A stretch of 62,348 nt of DNA, counting the filler, from Sphacelaria rigidula (taxonomy: Eukaryota): NCBI GenBank assembly GCA_964200075.2. It is 11 parts of 11 records of this genome, joined end to end, with 100 filler letters (N's around TTAATTAATTAA, not from the genome) between each part and the next. Parts side by side here need not be neighbours in the genome. Positions count along the whole stretch, not along the records: positions 34,064 to 39,640 come from CAXNAA020026169.1; positions 39,741 to 45,317 come from CAXNAA020026170.1; positions 45,418 to 50,994 come from CAXNAA020026171.1; 8 more parts are not named here. One strand, 5' to 3'. Made by a program: the position numbers and the translations under genes. Under the pieces are notes generated by a model, which saw nothing but the letters and a program-made list of their open reading frames with translations, did no database searches and was not told the DNA's origin. Each line of letters starts with the position of its first letter. Position 1 is the first letter of the stretch. Positions 36,740 to 47,605 of this stretch are shown piece by piece.

Positions 36740-39294
36740 AGTCTTTCAGCGAAACGTGGAGGAAAAGATGGAACGCGATAAACGACAAGACCACGCGTTT
36801 TAAAACTCGTGGGTAGCGGTGGCGAGGGAGATGTGAACGACGCATCCATTGGGGAGGCCGACGGCGAGGGTGAGGAGGGCCGGGACCACCCAGCAGCGGG
36901 TAGTCGCGAGGGCAAAGTGTGCGAGTCATGCAAACCCACCCTACACGTCAGGTGAGAGTGAAATTATCGCACATAGAGTATCTAGTCGGAGGGCGGGCAC
37001 CGAGATACACACCCATCGATGAAGGCATTGCTCGAGAGACTGTCGATCCATTCGCCCCCGACATATATTCCTCTGTCCCCATTCCCGCAGGTATCGATGC
37101 ACGCACTGCAGGGTTGCACACCATACGTTCTGCGACCTGCTCTTCCCTGTCTCAGAAGATGCGACTCTGGCCGAGCGAAAAACGCGCCTTTGCATATCGT
37201 GCGAGGGCGAGCCAGAGCTCTGGAAGAGGAAATATTCTCAGGATCCAGCCGGAGACGGCGTCACATCATATAGCGGGAAGAAAGCGAGGAAGGCAAGCGT
37301 TCCCCGACCGCCCGCCGGCGCCACCATGGAAGAGCAAAAGTGCGAAGATCGCAGATCCAGCCGAGCGTTTCCTCGGGTGAAAACAGTCGCCGGTGAATTT
37401 CATCATTTCGGCACGTGTCTCTCAGAGAGTGTCCCTGGTCACATAACCTTTACTTCGCCGCGGATACATCAGCGCAAGAAATGACCGATCGGTTGGCAAC
37501 TATGGCTGTGTAGCGTTCATACTCTCGGAGTACACCGTGAGAGTGTTCCTACGTCAGGGTGGGGGAGGGGAGGGGTGTGGTGGCGTAAGGCAATACCGTA
37601 GATCTTCATCAGATCCCAACACTCGTTACGCATTGTCGTTTTCTACACTGTGTTCGTTTGTCACCACTCTTATAATACTTGCGGTTTGTTTGAGCCACGA
37701 TTTGTCGAATTTGACAATGTGCCGATGTAGACCCCCCCCCCTCAAGAGTTGCGCTCGCAACAAAAACACAACACAGAGTAACGCAATGAGATCATACATG
37801 AAAGGGAGTCGGTGTTCACTGCAGGCTAATAAAAATGAAAGCGGAAATACGTAGTGATGCCCCGTCGGGTAGGGTACGTGTTTCGACGGTGCTTCGGTTG
37901 TCTGCCTCAGGGTCGCACTTTACCCGCGTTCTTCCGTCACATATCGATATGTACCGTGTGGAATGGCCTTTACTTTTTCGTACAGGCGCAAGAATTCTAC
38001 CACGCACGCGGTAAACCTACTTCGCAGAGGGTGTGAGCTCATCGATGGAGGCGACCCCCTATCTGTGGCACGCCAGCCGAAGTTCATCCTCGTCTCCTTG
38101 GATGTCGAGAAAAGCATCCTGTCACTAACAGACGACCACGTGAAGAGGTCCTTCAAGCGGTTCGTGGGCAAACTGCTGAGCGCCTTGCATCCTTTGGGGA
38201 CGATCGCATTTGCCGTGCCGCGGCCGTGGTTCTCGCATGGAAATCGAATCAGAGGTACCACCCCACACGCAATACATAGAGGGGGAAATGCGGGATTTAA
38301 ATGGAGGTGGTATGGCGTCGTTTGGTACCTAGAATTGTAGCGAGAAAACGATCGCTATACTCGGAGATAGATGGTGACCACAGAAGGTGAAGCAGGAAGG
38401 GGATAAGATCTGTAGAGATTTTCGTGTCATGTACGGAAGAAGCGTCATGAGTGCCCAAATGTTGGAGGTACTCATTAGGTGTAGGAACGGTGCTCCGCTA
38501 AGTGTCGCGCGGTCAATGGTCAAACGGCGAAGGCAAGCAAAAAATGAGTATGCCCTCCCCCACCCCCACCCCCCGCCCGACCGCCCCACCCCGCCCCGGC
38601 CCTCGCTGTCGCCGACCCGTCTGCACTACGTCCCAGACGCCATCACTCAAGACCACACCATGGCGCTCGAAGAAGACCCTGTCCTCATCGAATATTCCAG
38701 CAAGCACGGGGGCTCTCGGAAGAGAGAAGAGAAATTATATTTCTACCCGCATCACGAAGCCATCATGGTGGCCCACAAACGGTCAGAGCAAGAGGGGAAA
38801 TGTTTCACGGTGAATCAAAGAGTCACATTTGACGACCCCTACGGCAGCACAATCAGGGGGGAAATACTAGACTGCTGGCAGAAGATCGGCGGTGGGCACA
38901 CCGAGATGTTGACGTACAAGCAAGGAGCTCCGGCCGGCGGCCCTGAAAATTCTTTCCCCCCGGGATTGTTGCGCACCTTCGTTTGGAGGTGATGGCGCGT
39001 CCGGTGGTTAATGGAAGGCATTACTCCACCCCTCGTGATGTTATCAGACGGTTCAGTCATAGTCGATATTTGTACCTAGAAGTGGCGGAGACATGCCCAC
39101 TTTCCTACCTCACGTGGGAAGCAACGATCGATGATGAAGCCATCGACATAACGTCGCAGATTCCCCATGTAGGTGGTAGAGACGCTTACGTTGCCGCCGC
39201 TGTAGGCCGCGAAGGCGGAGATAAGCACGCTCTCATTGCTTGTGTACCAACACCTCACGTTCGGAGCAGTAGATTAGCGGCGAAGAAGCCTTGA
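36740..39294 (+). pseudogene. decayed gene with an amino-type DNA methyltransferase-like fold and a C-terminal BAH-like domain
   Basis: TVLRLSASGSHFTRVLPSHIDMYRVEW (motif I/II-like, 37886-37966); GGDPLS...KFILVSLD; FVGKLLSALHPLGTIAFAVPRPW (38161-38229); GKCFTVNQRVTF...IRGEILDCWQ...YLYLEVAETCPLSYL (38795-39130). Confidence 0.45.
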
Positions 39295-39640
39295 GTCATT
39301 GGTGCCGGGGATCGTATCGTAGGGGGCCCTGGATTTAAGAAGAGGTGGCTTGGACACCCCGGCCGCTAGTCCCTGCGACGATGATGAGGAAGACGATGCA
39401 GATGAAGATGAAGACGCTGCCGATGACGGCGCGGGAGATTGATGGATGTAATGCATGTGGTTTCGGTTCGGAAAACAAGGGTCTAGATTCCTGGGGTTGA
39501 GTTGGGGCAGGGAGTTTGGGGGTGGGCGGGGGGGGGGAGGGGGGAGCGTACTGATTTGTTGCTTGCCTTAGTCGTTTGACCGTTGACCACGCATCCCTTT
39601 CGAGACGGGGGGGGGGTTCATCGTTCTGTCGCGTTGGGCG

Positions 39641-39740
39641 NNNNNNNNNNNNNNNNNNNNNNNNNNNNNNNNNNNNNNNNNNNNTTAATTAATTAANNNN
39701 NNNNNNNNNNNNNNNNNNNNNNNNNNNNNNNNNNNNNNNN
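39641..39740. other. artificial contig linker
   Basis: 44N-TTAATTAATTAA-44N. Confidence 0.99.
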
Positions 39741-41600
39741 CACGAGTCGACTCATCATACTAAAACCAAGTAATTTTCAGACGAATGATTATTTGTCCGA
39801 CCCTTGGAAAATTGGAAAGCAAGTATTCACACATCACGTAAAGTCGTAGTTGACCACACCCGTCAGTTCGGCCATGCTCTCCTTCGGCAGTTCAGCTGTA
39901 GGTGGCAAAGGTGCGTACTTTCGTGAGATCTTCGGTTGTGTGTGCACCCCCGTTGGCAGCAGACATAATATTAGTGAAGTTGGCACGGGCCCTGCGTAGA
40001 ACACGTCCGAGTGAAAAAAAATTGGCTTGCCAAATGTCATGAATTTCATCATTTTCAGTCTAGATATTCAATATACTATCGAGTCGTATCGTACATCAAA
40101 AGATCGATCCCAACTAATTTTCTTTTCGATGAACAACACGAGTTCTCGATAGTGCTGAAAGTCGTCGTTGTGGGCACATATACGCTGCAAACAGATTTTG
40201 CAACAGATCTTGCAGCATATATCACCCACCTCGGCAAGACGCGGCCTAACCAGCGAGAAACGTGTGGATGTATCTGACGTGCATAAGCACCCTACCGCAG
40301 AAGCGAAATTTTCCATATGAGACTTCATTTCGTGTTTCTCAACGAGTAGCAAGAGTTGTGAGAGCCATACTGTGTGTCCCCTCGGAATAAAAATGAGATT
40401 ATTTGATCTTTTTCCTGGTCACATTTGCTCGACACTCAAACCCACGCGACCTTCACTACAAACAATATGCGTTTTGTAATACTGAAGCCAAGACATTTTC
40501 AACCACACTACTAGAGTCAACGTAACTTCTGTCCTATATCAAATTCAACTAATGATATGCGAGACACTAAACTGTACGAGCGTTGGTCGTACAGTACGAT
40601 AGACAAAATTCGAACCGCCTGGGGATCAAACCGAAGACGTGATGGGCAACGAAATCGCTCATCAATTTGATCCAAAATGCGCGTCTTCTGATGCTGTGCA
40701 GTCGCCTGCAGACACCTCCGTCCTACTAACTTGTTGGCTATCTGCCATCCATGACGTATTCTTGTAAGGCCAAAAAGGGAGGGGGGGGGGGGGTCCATAT
40801 CAAGCAAGGAGGGGGTGTGGTGCCGGAATGAAGTGTGTGCCATCCATTTGTTCAACACAAGCGTTAGGGCTTCCTGACGAACTGCTTGGCACGAGGCGGT
40901 AAGTACTCCGTATTTTTCGCCATCTTCAAGCCAAGCGTGAAGGGTCACCGCCGGGTTTGCACAACTCACCCACTACACTGTCAACTCTGCTCTACGCATT
41001 CGCTCAAGTAGACGACCGGTTGAGCTATCCCACAAACAGCTCCATCAAGATACCTCGTAGCACCGTGTCGAAATTCTGCGCACAGTCGCCATCGTACCAA
41101 TCGTCAGTCACCGTACCACCTCCTGAAAACTAAAATACAACTTTCCATCACTGCTCCTGCGCTCACCTCCTCATCAGGGGACATGTTGCGCGTTACCTCC
41201 CTGTCCCGGATGTATTCTGGCGTATGTCGGAAACCCCACTTGTGCATCTGCTTTGGCGCCCACTCTTTCATCTTGTCAGAAAACTCCTGCACCTGTTGAG
41301 GATGAGCGGACGGCGCGGAAATTACAGACGTTCCAGGTTTCAGGGCATGGACACCAAGTGATATTACTATCATCCTTGTTGCTCCCAAGCAACGATTCTG
41401 CTTGACACTGTAACGGAATCATCAACACGATAGCGAGCGGAAAGTGTAACTCCGAGAGTGCCACACATCTGGTACAATAATGTAACAGCAAGCTATTCTT
41501 TTTGAATAGCTTGCGCCTTCGGCAACTTTTCTACTTCTCGACTCTTGATTCCGCAGAAGCTAAGAAAGCAGCGAGACGAGCAAACAATGGGGCCACGCTG
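39741..41600 (-). pseudogene. decayed orphan gene
   Basis: Chain of protein-like minus-strand ORFs (41104..41388, 40517..40969, 40068..40352, 39834..40052); no family recognised. Confidence 0.35.
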
Positions 41601-42599
41601 TCGGCGTTCTCTCATTGTTCGGCTGGTTCTGGGGGTCTAACGGGGTCTCGAATTGGATCGGTCGACTTCGATTGAGGTCGCCTGGACCTGTCCCAACTCG
41701 CGCTCCCGTACCGCAAATAACAGTTTGTCGAAAACCGTAGAAAATCGCGCGTGTGCGGGTAAAATTGAGGGGAGAAATTCATGTCTCGGCCTTGTGCGAC
41801 AGCAGATCAGTATAGTGCAGACACTACAGCGTAGCATCGTGCAGCGATACAATTGGGCCTGCATTGTCTGTATCGCACTGCAGCACCGACCAGGAGGTCA
41901 TTCATATTCTACACGTGAACGCACACACACATGATCATGCCTACTGTAGCTTCAAAATATTGACTTACCTAGTGTATTGTCATAGCTGCACTGTTTTGCA
42001 CTTGCTGGCTGCTGTTTTGTTATACAGAATTGCACTGCAGCCGACAGAGGCATCCCCGCCCCTCGCCCGCTGTGCATGACGTACAGATAATGTCATAGAT
42101 TTAGTCCAACAGCTTGAATTAAGCAGTGTAGACTGAGCTGTGCTGTACAACAGTCGGCACAGTTTGTACAGCGTAACCCAGCAGCAGTTGCGACTGCCAC
42201 ACATGCCGCATGCAGCAGCTAATAGCAGCTAACTGAAGATGCAGCTTCACACCTTGAGTGTCTGGCGATTGATCGGTTCTTTTCACTACACGGTGTGCTT
42301 CTGCGCGTCTCCTAAGGTCTATATACGCTGATCGTCATGGGTTGGGGCGCTGCAGCAGGTGTAATATTGCTTGGGATAGCTCGGCAGATGAGAATCCATC
42401 TGCGAGCTTGATCCAGTGTCTACATAAGCGAAATAATATGCAGAGCACGGTTGGAAGAGTAAGTACGGGGTCAATTGTGTAGAGTCACACACAAGCCTTC
42501 CGGGGCGCGAACTTGCCCTGAGATCACGCCCCACCTTTGTTCAGAACGGGTTTGATAAAAATATCACTTCAACTGCATGTGGGTACCACCATATAGATG

Positions 42600-42945
42600 G
42601 AAAAAAAATCCCACAAGTTTCCGTCGAGGATTCATCTTTTCACATTGGCGACACCATGAGATAACTCGTGCGCTTCATGTACAGGAGGCCCCGGGTTCGA
42701 AGCCCTGTTCCCACCAAAAGCTACGAAGAAGTTAACCGGGACAAAAGCGTCGTGATAATGGTGGGGGAGTAGTCAACTAGTGAGATGCATCAACGACTTT
42801 GGAGCAGAGTTTAAAGTCTCACGGCAAGGTCTTCTGTGGAGGTTGTTGGACAAACACAAACACGCGTTGAAGATATATTAATCAAGACCTACATCTTCAC
42901 CGCTAGCCGGGGGGAAAAGTTACTCCTACAACCCTCTTCTCGTTA
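42600..42945 (+). mobile_element. tRNA-headed SINE-like repeat
   Basis: TGGCGACACCATG (A-box-like) ... GGAGGCCCCGGGTTCGAAGCCCTGTTCCCACCA (T arm/B box) followed by an unrelated ~230-nt body. Confidence 0.6.
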
Positions 42946-43423
42946 AAGGAATGTACGAGAAGGATCATTCAAGGGGGAGATGACGCCGGTATCACCACAT
43001 GGAAGAAAAAAGAATCCAAAAGTGTCGATCGAGGAACACCTCTGCACATGAAGATGTACATCATCTACTGAGGGTATTTTTCTCGGAACCCCCATCCTGT
43101 AAGTCATCATGCTCGTCATATTCACCTTTAGAATTATCTCGTACTCGACCACCCCCTGGTGATTGTGTCACTCCACAAAACCAGATCCACCACGTCTCTC
43201 TGATCTACAAAAATGCCTAGTGATTTTCTTCCGATTCCGACCATTTTTCATGACCTCTTTCCAGAAAAAATAAGTGTACTGTATATGAGTTACGCCTGCA
43301 ACTTCAAGTCGCAAAATGTACGTTTCCATTTTTAATCGGTGAGTGGTCGCCGCCCGAAATCAGCACTGCTGCCTGTTTAGCACCCTCCCAGTCCCGCACC
43401 GCACACCCCATGACTGCAATATA

Positions 43424-43999
43424 CTTCCTCTGGCCGGCATTATAAGTCGGATTCGGACACTATACGGCGTAACTCGGCCCAATGGTACTCTTTTCCGCAT
43501 CGTTTTTTTCTTCGCATTTCTTGTACTGGCGCGGCGCGATCAGAGCCGCTGTTTTTGGAAATTCCCTCCAAAAAACCTTGTGTCACCCCACCAGAAGTCG
43601 CGCGAAATCACCACCCCAACTTTGAAGCCCTGGTCAAAAGCCTTCCCGGCTGCTGGTGAGACATGTCTGCTGCTGGGAGTGCGGACCAGGTGCAGAAACG
43701 CAAGAATTAAAAAAAATCCGAAAAATATCAAAGAATTGCTGGTTACAACACGCCCGGGAACCCGATTTTTCGACTACTGGGTACAATCAAGCTGAATTTT
43801 CACGATTTCCCCCAATAAGGGGGCGATATTTAACCATCCCCACCCTTGTCTTGGATTTTTTTCTCCATCCAACACGATACTTGATCGCATTTCAGACTTG
43901 TCGGACGTCCCACGGCTACTAAATGACCGAGATATGACAAATCCGACTTATATTGCAGGATTTCAAAATCCGACTTATAATGCCGGTCAGAGAAAGAAG
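43424..43999. mobile_element. TA-flanked mariner-type MITE
   Basis: TA|CTTCCTCTGGCCGGCATTATAAGTCGGATT ... AATCCGACTTATAATGCCGGTCAGAGAAAGAAG|TA. Confidence 0.8.
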
Positions 44000-44389
44000 T
44001 ACTGTACATGTGATCTTGTTGTTCTCCGGGGTGATCATGGCGGTGTCGGGCACTGCAGCTAGACGGCAGCGTTGTTGTTGCGACACGTTGAGATGAGATG
44101 ATGCAACAAATCCCAACACGTCCGTCATGAAACAGTCGAGGGAAGCTTCAACTTTTCCAAAGTACCCCACCGTTTGGAAGGGGCCTAACAACATTGAACT
44201 ATTGTGCTTTTTGTCATGTCGTGTAGACGCGAGGTCTCTCGTCATCTGTGAGCGGGAATAAGTGTCGCAACAACATCATGGGTGGGTGCAGCCACCTCCT
44301 CTATACGAGCATCACACCCCGGACACCAGTAGATAATAAGTTGCTAGTTACAGCTATTTGTAGTTGTTCGAGGTACTGTAGATGCTTGC

Positions 44390-45000
44390 TCGATATTTAG
44401 TTGCACAGGCTGACAGAGCAGTTGTTTGCACGCAATTAATCGCGCAGGTCCCTGATCAAGTAGTTGATTGCACGCACCTAGTTATACGGGTTTCTCACCG
44501 AGTGGTTGTAAGCGCGCAATTAGTTGCATAGGTTTCCGGCCGAGCAGTTGTTTGCACTCGACTAGTTGCACGGGATTGTGGACGAGTAGTTGACTGCACA
44601 GGCAGGCTTTTCATCCGACAGCATTTTTTGCCTTGTAAGTGTACTGTGCTGACCTACACTGTAATGGATAGCAGCGTAGCAGCAGTGTGCTGCATGAAGC
44701 ATCAGTGGCGATAGCATCGGCGGCAGCAGCGGCGGCTTGTTATGCACTGACTGCTGAAATAAATATAATGACCCCCACTGCCGTTCATCCCTACAGCTAC
44801 AGTATTTCACACTCTTGTACTTATAGCTATTCCAGATAGTTGCTTGCTCGATGACTAGTTGCATACGTTCCATATCCGAGGGTTAGTTGTTTACAGACAA
44901 GTACTTGTACAGGTTCATGGCCGAGCAGTTGTTGGCACGTAACCAGTTGTGCAGTGCAGAGGTTTCCGATCGAATTGTTTGTATGCAATTAGTTGCACCA
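44390..45000. repeat. degenerate ~42-bp tandem array in two blocks
   Basis: Recurring TAGTTGCA(C/T)AGG...CGAG(C/T)AGTTGTTTGCACGCA in ~44390-44600 and ~44835-45000. Confidence 0.75.
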
Positions 45001-45236
45001 TCTGTCTGTACTGCACTGTTGAAAAAAATCCTGCCCACAGCGAGCTGAGGGTGCCCATGATGAGCTGTGAAGTCGGCTCCGACCTACTGTTGTGCGTACA
45101 ACACTGTACTTTCAAATGAATTTCATTTTAACGGCTCCTGTTATTGTTTCATCCTTTCTCAAATCTGTCACGAGTTCTTTGGGTTTTGCACCGGGTGCGC
45201 CATCGCCCCTCCCCACTGCGACGGACCTTGATTGAC

Positions 45237-45317
45237 TGCGAGCCTGATCCGGCGAAAACCCGGCGTGCTCCGTCCAGGCTTTGTAGGAATGCGAGGTCAA
45301 CGGTCATATGACTATGA
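45237..45317 (-). repeat. G-tract-headed repeat family A (3' part)
   Basis: TGCGAGCCTGATCCGGCGAAAACCCGGCGTGCTCCGTCCAGGCTTTGTAGG. Confidence 0.9.
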
Positions 45318-45417
45318 NNNNNNNNNNNNNNNNNNNNNNNNNNNNNNNNNNNNNNNNNNNNTTAATTAATTAANNNNNNNNNNNNNNNNNNNNNNNNNNN
45401 NNNNNNNNNNNNNNNNN
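45318..45417. other. artificial contig linker
   Basis: 44N-TTAATTAATTAA-44N. Confidence 0.99.
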
Positions 45418-45489
45418 GTCCCGGCATTGTAGGGATGCGAGGTCAATGGTCTTATGACTATGGCATGCATGATCATGAGTACACCCCCC
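45418..45489 (-). repeat. G-tract-headed repeat family A (5' part)
   Basis: TTGTAGGGATGCGAGGTCAATGGTCTTATGACTATGGCATGCATGATCATGAGTACACCCCCC. Confidence 0.9.
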
Positions 45490-46239
45490 GCACACACACG
45501 CAACAGCAACAGCAATGGCTACGGCGCCGGCGGCGAGCATCGACGTAGTTTCAATCAGTTCAAATCTTCGGTAGCGCAAAGTCCATGTGAATCACGTCTT
45601 CCTACAACAGTACAGTACAGCACCGTCGTGCCGTGGGGGGGCGGCCATCTGCCGCTTTTCCAATACACAAAAACTAGGCCGTGGACGCACATTTCCTCTG
45701 CTTCGCGTGTATGGCGATACATTCTTGGCCAAACATTTACCGGTTGTACGAAACACACGGGGCTCGATTCCCGCCATGATCGATTGAGGACTTTGGGCCG
45801 TAGCTGGGTAGGCTTGCGAGGAGCTGGGGCCTCAGAGATCGCTGATGTGACAGTGGTGTTCCCTTGCCACGGAGCACTTCTGTTGCAAACCCAGGCGGAC
45901 ATCTACCCCGTGAAAACCGGGAGCGACAACTCGGTTTTATGGGCGGTTCAGGTCCGTATTCTAACAGTTGTGCTAACTTTCTTTAGTGCGTGCCCACCTC
46001 CGTCTTCGGGTTGGTCACACGAATTGATGGCCCGCATTAACTCCGATAAGATTTTCGACGTTTCGGAATATCGTTCGCAGTGTTTCGCGCGAAGATGTTA
46101 TGAATCTGAAAAGTAAACGGATTTTAGTAATGCACACCCACCCCGTCCCGGGTAGTCCGGTATCGTTTCGTGGGGTCCAGCACAACTAACATGAGACAAG
46201 GAGGAAGAGGTTCACGTTCTCGCGCAACCATCATCGATT

Positions 46240-46580
46240 AGGCCTAGGTCGCCACAGTGATGGTACGTAATGCAACAGAGCTAGCTCCAGCCTCTAGCGT
46301 GTGATGTGCGGTGAGTTGTGGGTTCTGGGAATGTGTGCAGCGAATCATAACTTTCCGCACAGCGGTACGAAGACTACGCAAAATGTTTCCAATGTTGGCC
46401 ACCTATAGTATCGATCGATCTCTTACAATAGCGTGGCTTGAGAGAGTAGACTGCACCTTTATCCCAGCACTGTGAGAGCCATATATTCGACGTAACGTTA
46501 GTGTTTCTAATATCACGGCTCTAACACAGTCTTGAGCCTTACTCCGAATCACCCCTCTTCCTACAAACGGGCCAATACCG
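46240..46580 (-). pseudogene. decayed Ulp1/adenain-like (clan CE) cysteine protease segment
   Basis: Single frame SRDIR...SIDTIGGQHW (46389-46403)...ESYDSL (46338-46355)...YHHCG (46251-46265): His-Asp-Cys order of clan CE; two internal stops. Confidence 0.35.
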
Positions 46581-46971
46581 TTCGGTGTACGGTACCAGCT
46601 ACGTGGGGTCCCCCATCCATGGACGCATTGTTGTTCTTCTACTGCGGTGTGTACTTACGGTTGCTACGGTTCTCTACGCGCGATTGCAGTCAATCACCGA
46701 CATCCTCTCCCGGTCCACGATACGTAGCTGCGAGGTTTTCAACTTCAGCTGCGATCACGGACATGCCCACCTAGTCTGTTGTCAACAGGTTTCCCGTTGA
46801 CAGCCTTACCTTGGATACTCCTGTATTACACTCCGCACTATACGGTGAATCTCTTGTGTTAACACTACATAACCTCGCGATCTCTTCTTGCTTCGAGAGC
46901 TACTCTGAACAAAGCAATACCTAATCGGACAATCGCCGCTCCCAACGAAGCATTGACATTTCCAAAGTTGT

Positions 46972-47473
46972 GTTCTGTAGGGTACGGGTATGTTCTGTGG
47001 GTATGAGATTCAGTGCAGAAGTTGCAGAAATATCAGGTACTGGTATGAAAGGACTTTTCGGGTAGGGGTATGAAAAGCTTACATAACTTACAAAATCTGT
47101 CGGTCAGGGCATGGGAGGCTTACGGAAAACCGTCCCAGCAACCAGGTATTTCTTCGAGGGTATACCCTTGCCCCGGTTAAGGGTAAACATTCTGCACGGA
47201 ACTCACAGAACTGTCGGGTAAGGGTATCGAGAGCTTTCAGAACTCACGGAAACTGTCGGGTAGAGTATGGAGACTGCCCAGAAAACTGTACCAACAACCG
47301 GGTATCTTACCAGGAGCATACCTGTGCCTCCGGTAAGGGTACGGAAGGCCTGCAGAACTCACAGAACTATCGGGGTAAGGGTATGAAAGTCCAACAGAGG
47401 TTACAGAACTGTTGGGTACGGTAAATACCCGGGAAAATAACGTGGGTATACACAAAATCGTACCCTATAGAAC
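46972..47473. mobile_element. MITE with 15-bp TIRs and internal CAGAACTGTCGGGTAAGGGTATG-like repeats
   Basis: GTTCTGTAGGGTACG ... CGTACCCTATAGAAC. Confidence 0.75.
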
Positions 47474-47605
47474 GCAAACTTCGACATTTCCATGCAAGGC
47501 ACGTTATTTTTCAAACAGATGCTGCACACCCACGTCAGTGCCGAATACACACAGTTGGCGCTTCAGGACTGCGGCATTCACCATGATGAGTGTTCACATT
47601 TCGCT

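Noticed and set aside
42645..42790. Permuted tRNA (3' half ...TTCCCACCA before GGTGGGGG...)
   Set aside because: An A-box-like 5' part already precedes the T arm and the downstream piece has no convincing D arm; fits a SINE head plus body
45237..45489. Contigs 8 and 9 overlapping through the family A repeat
   Set aside because: The overlapping parts differ at several positions; separate copies made adjacent by size sorting
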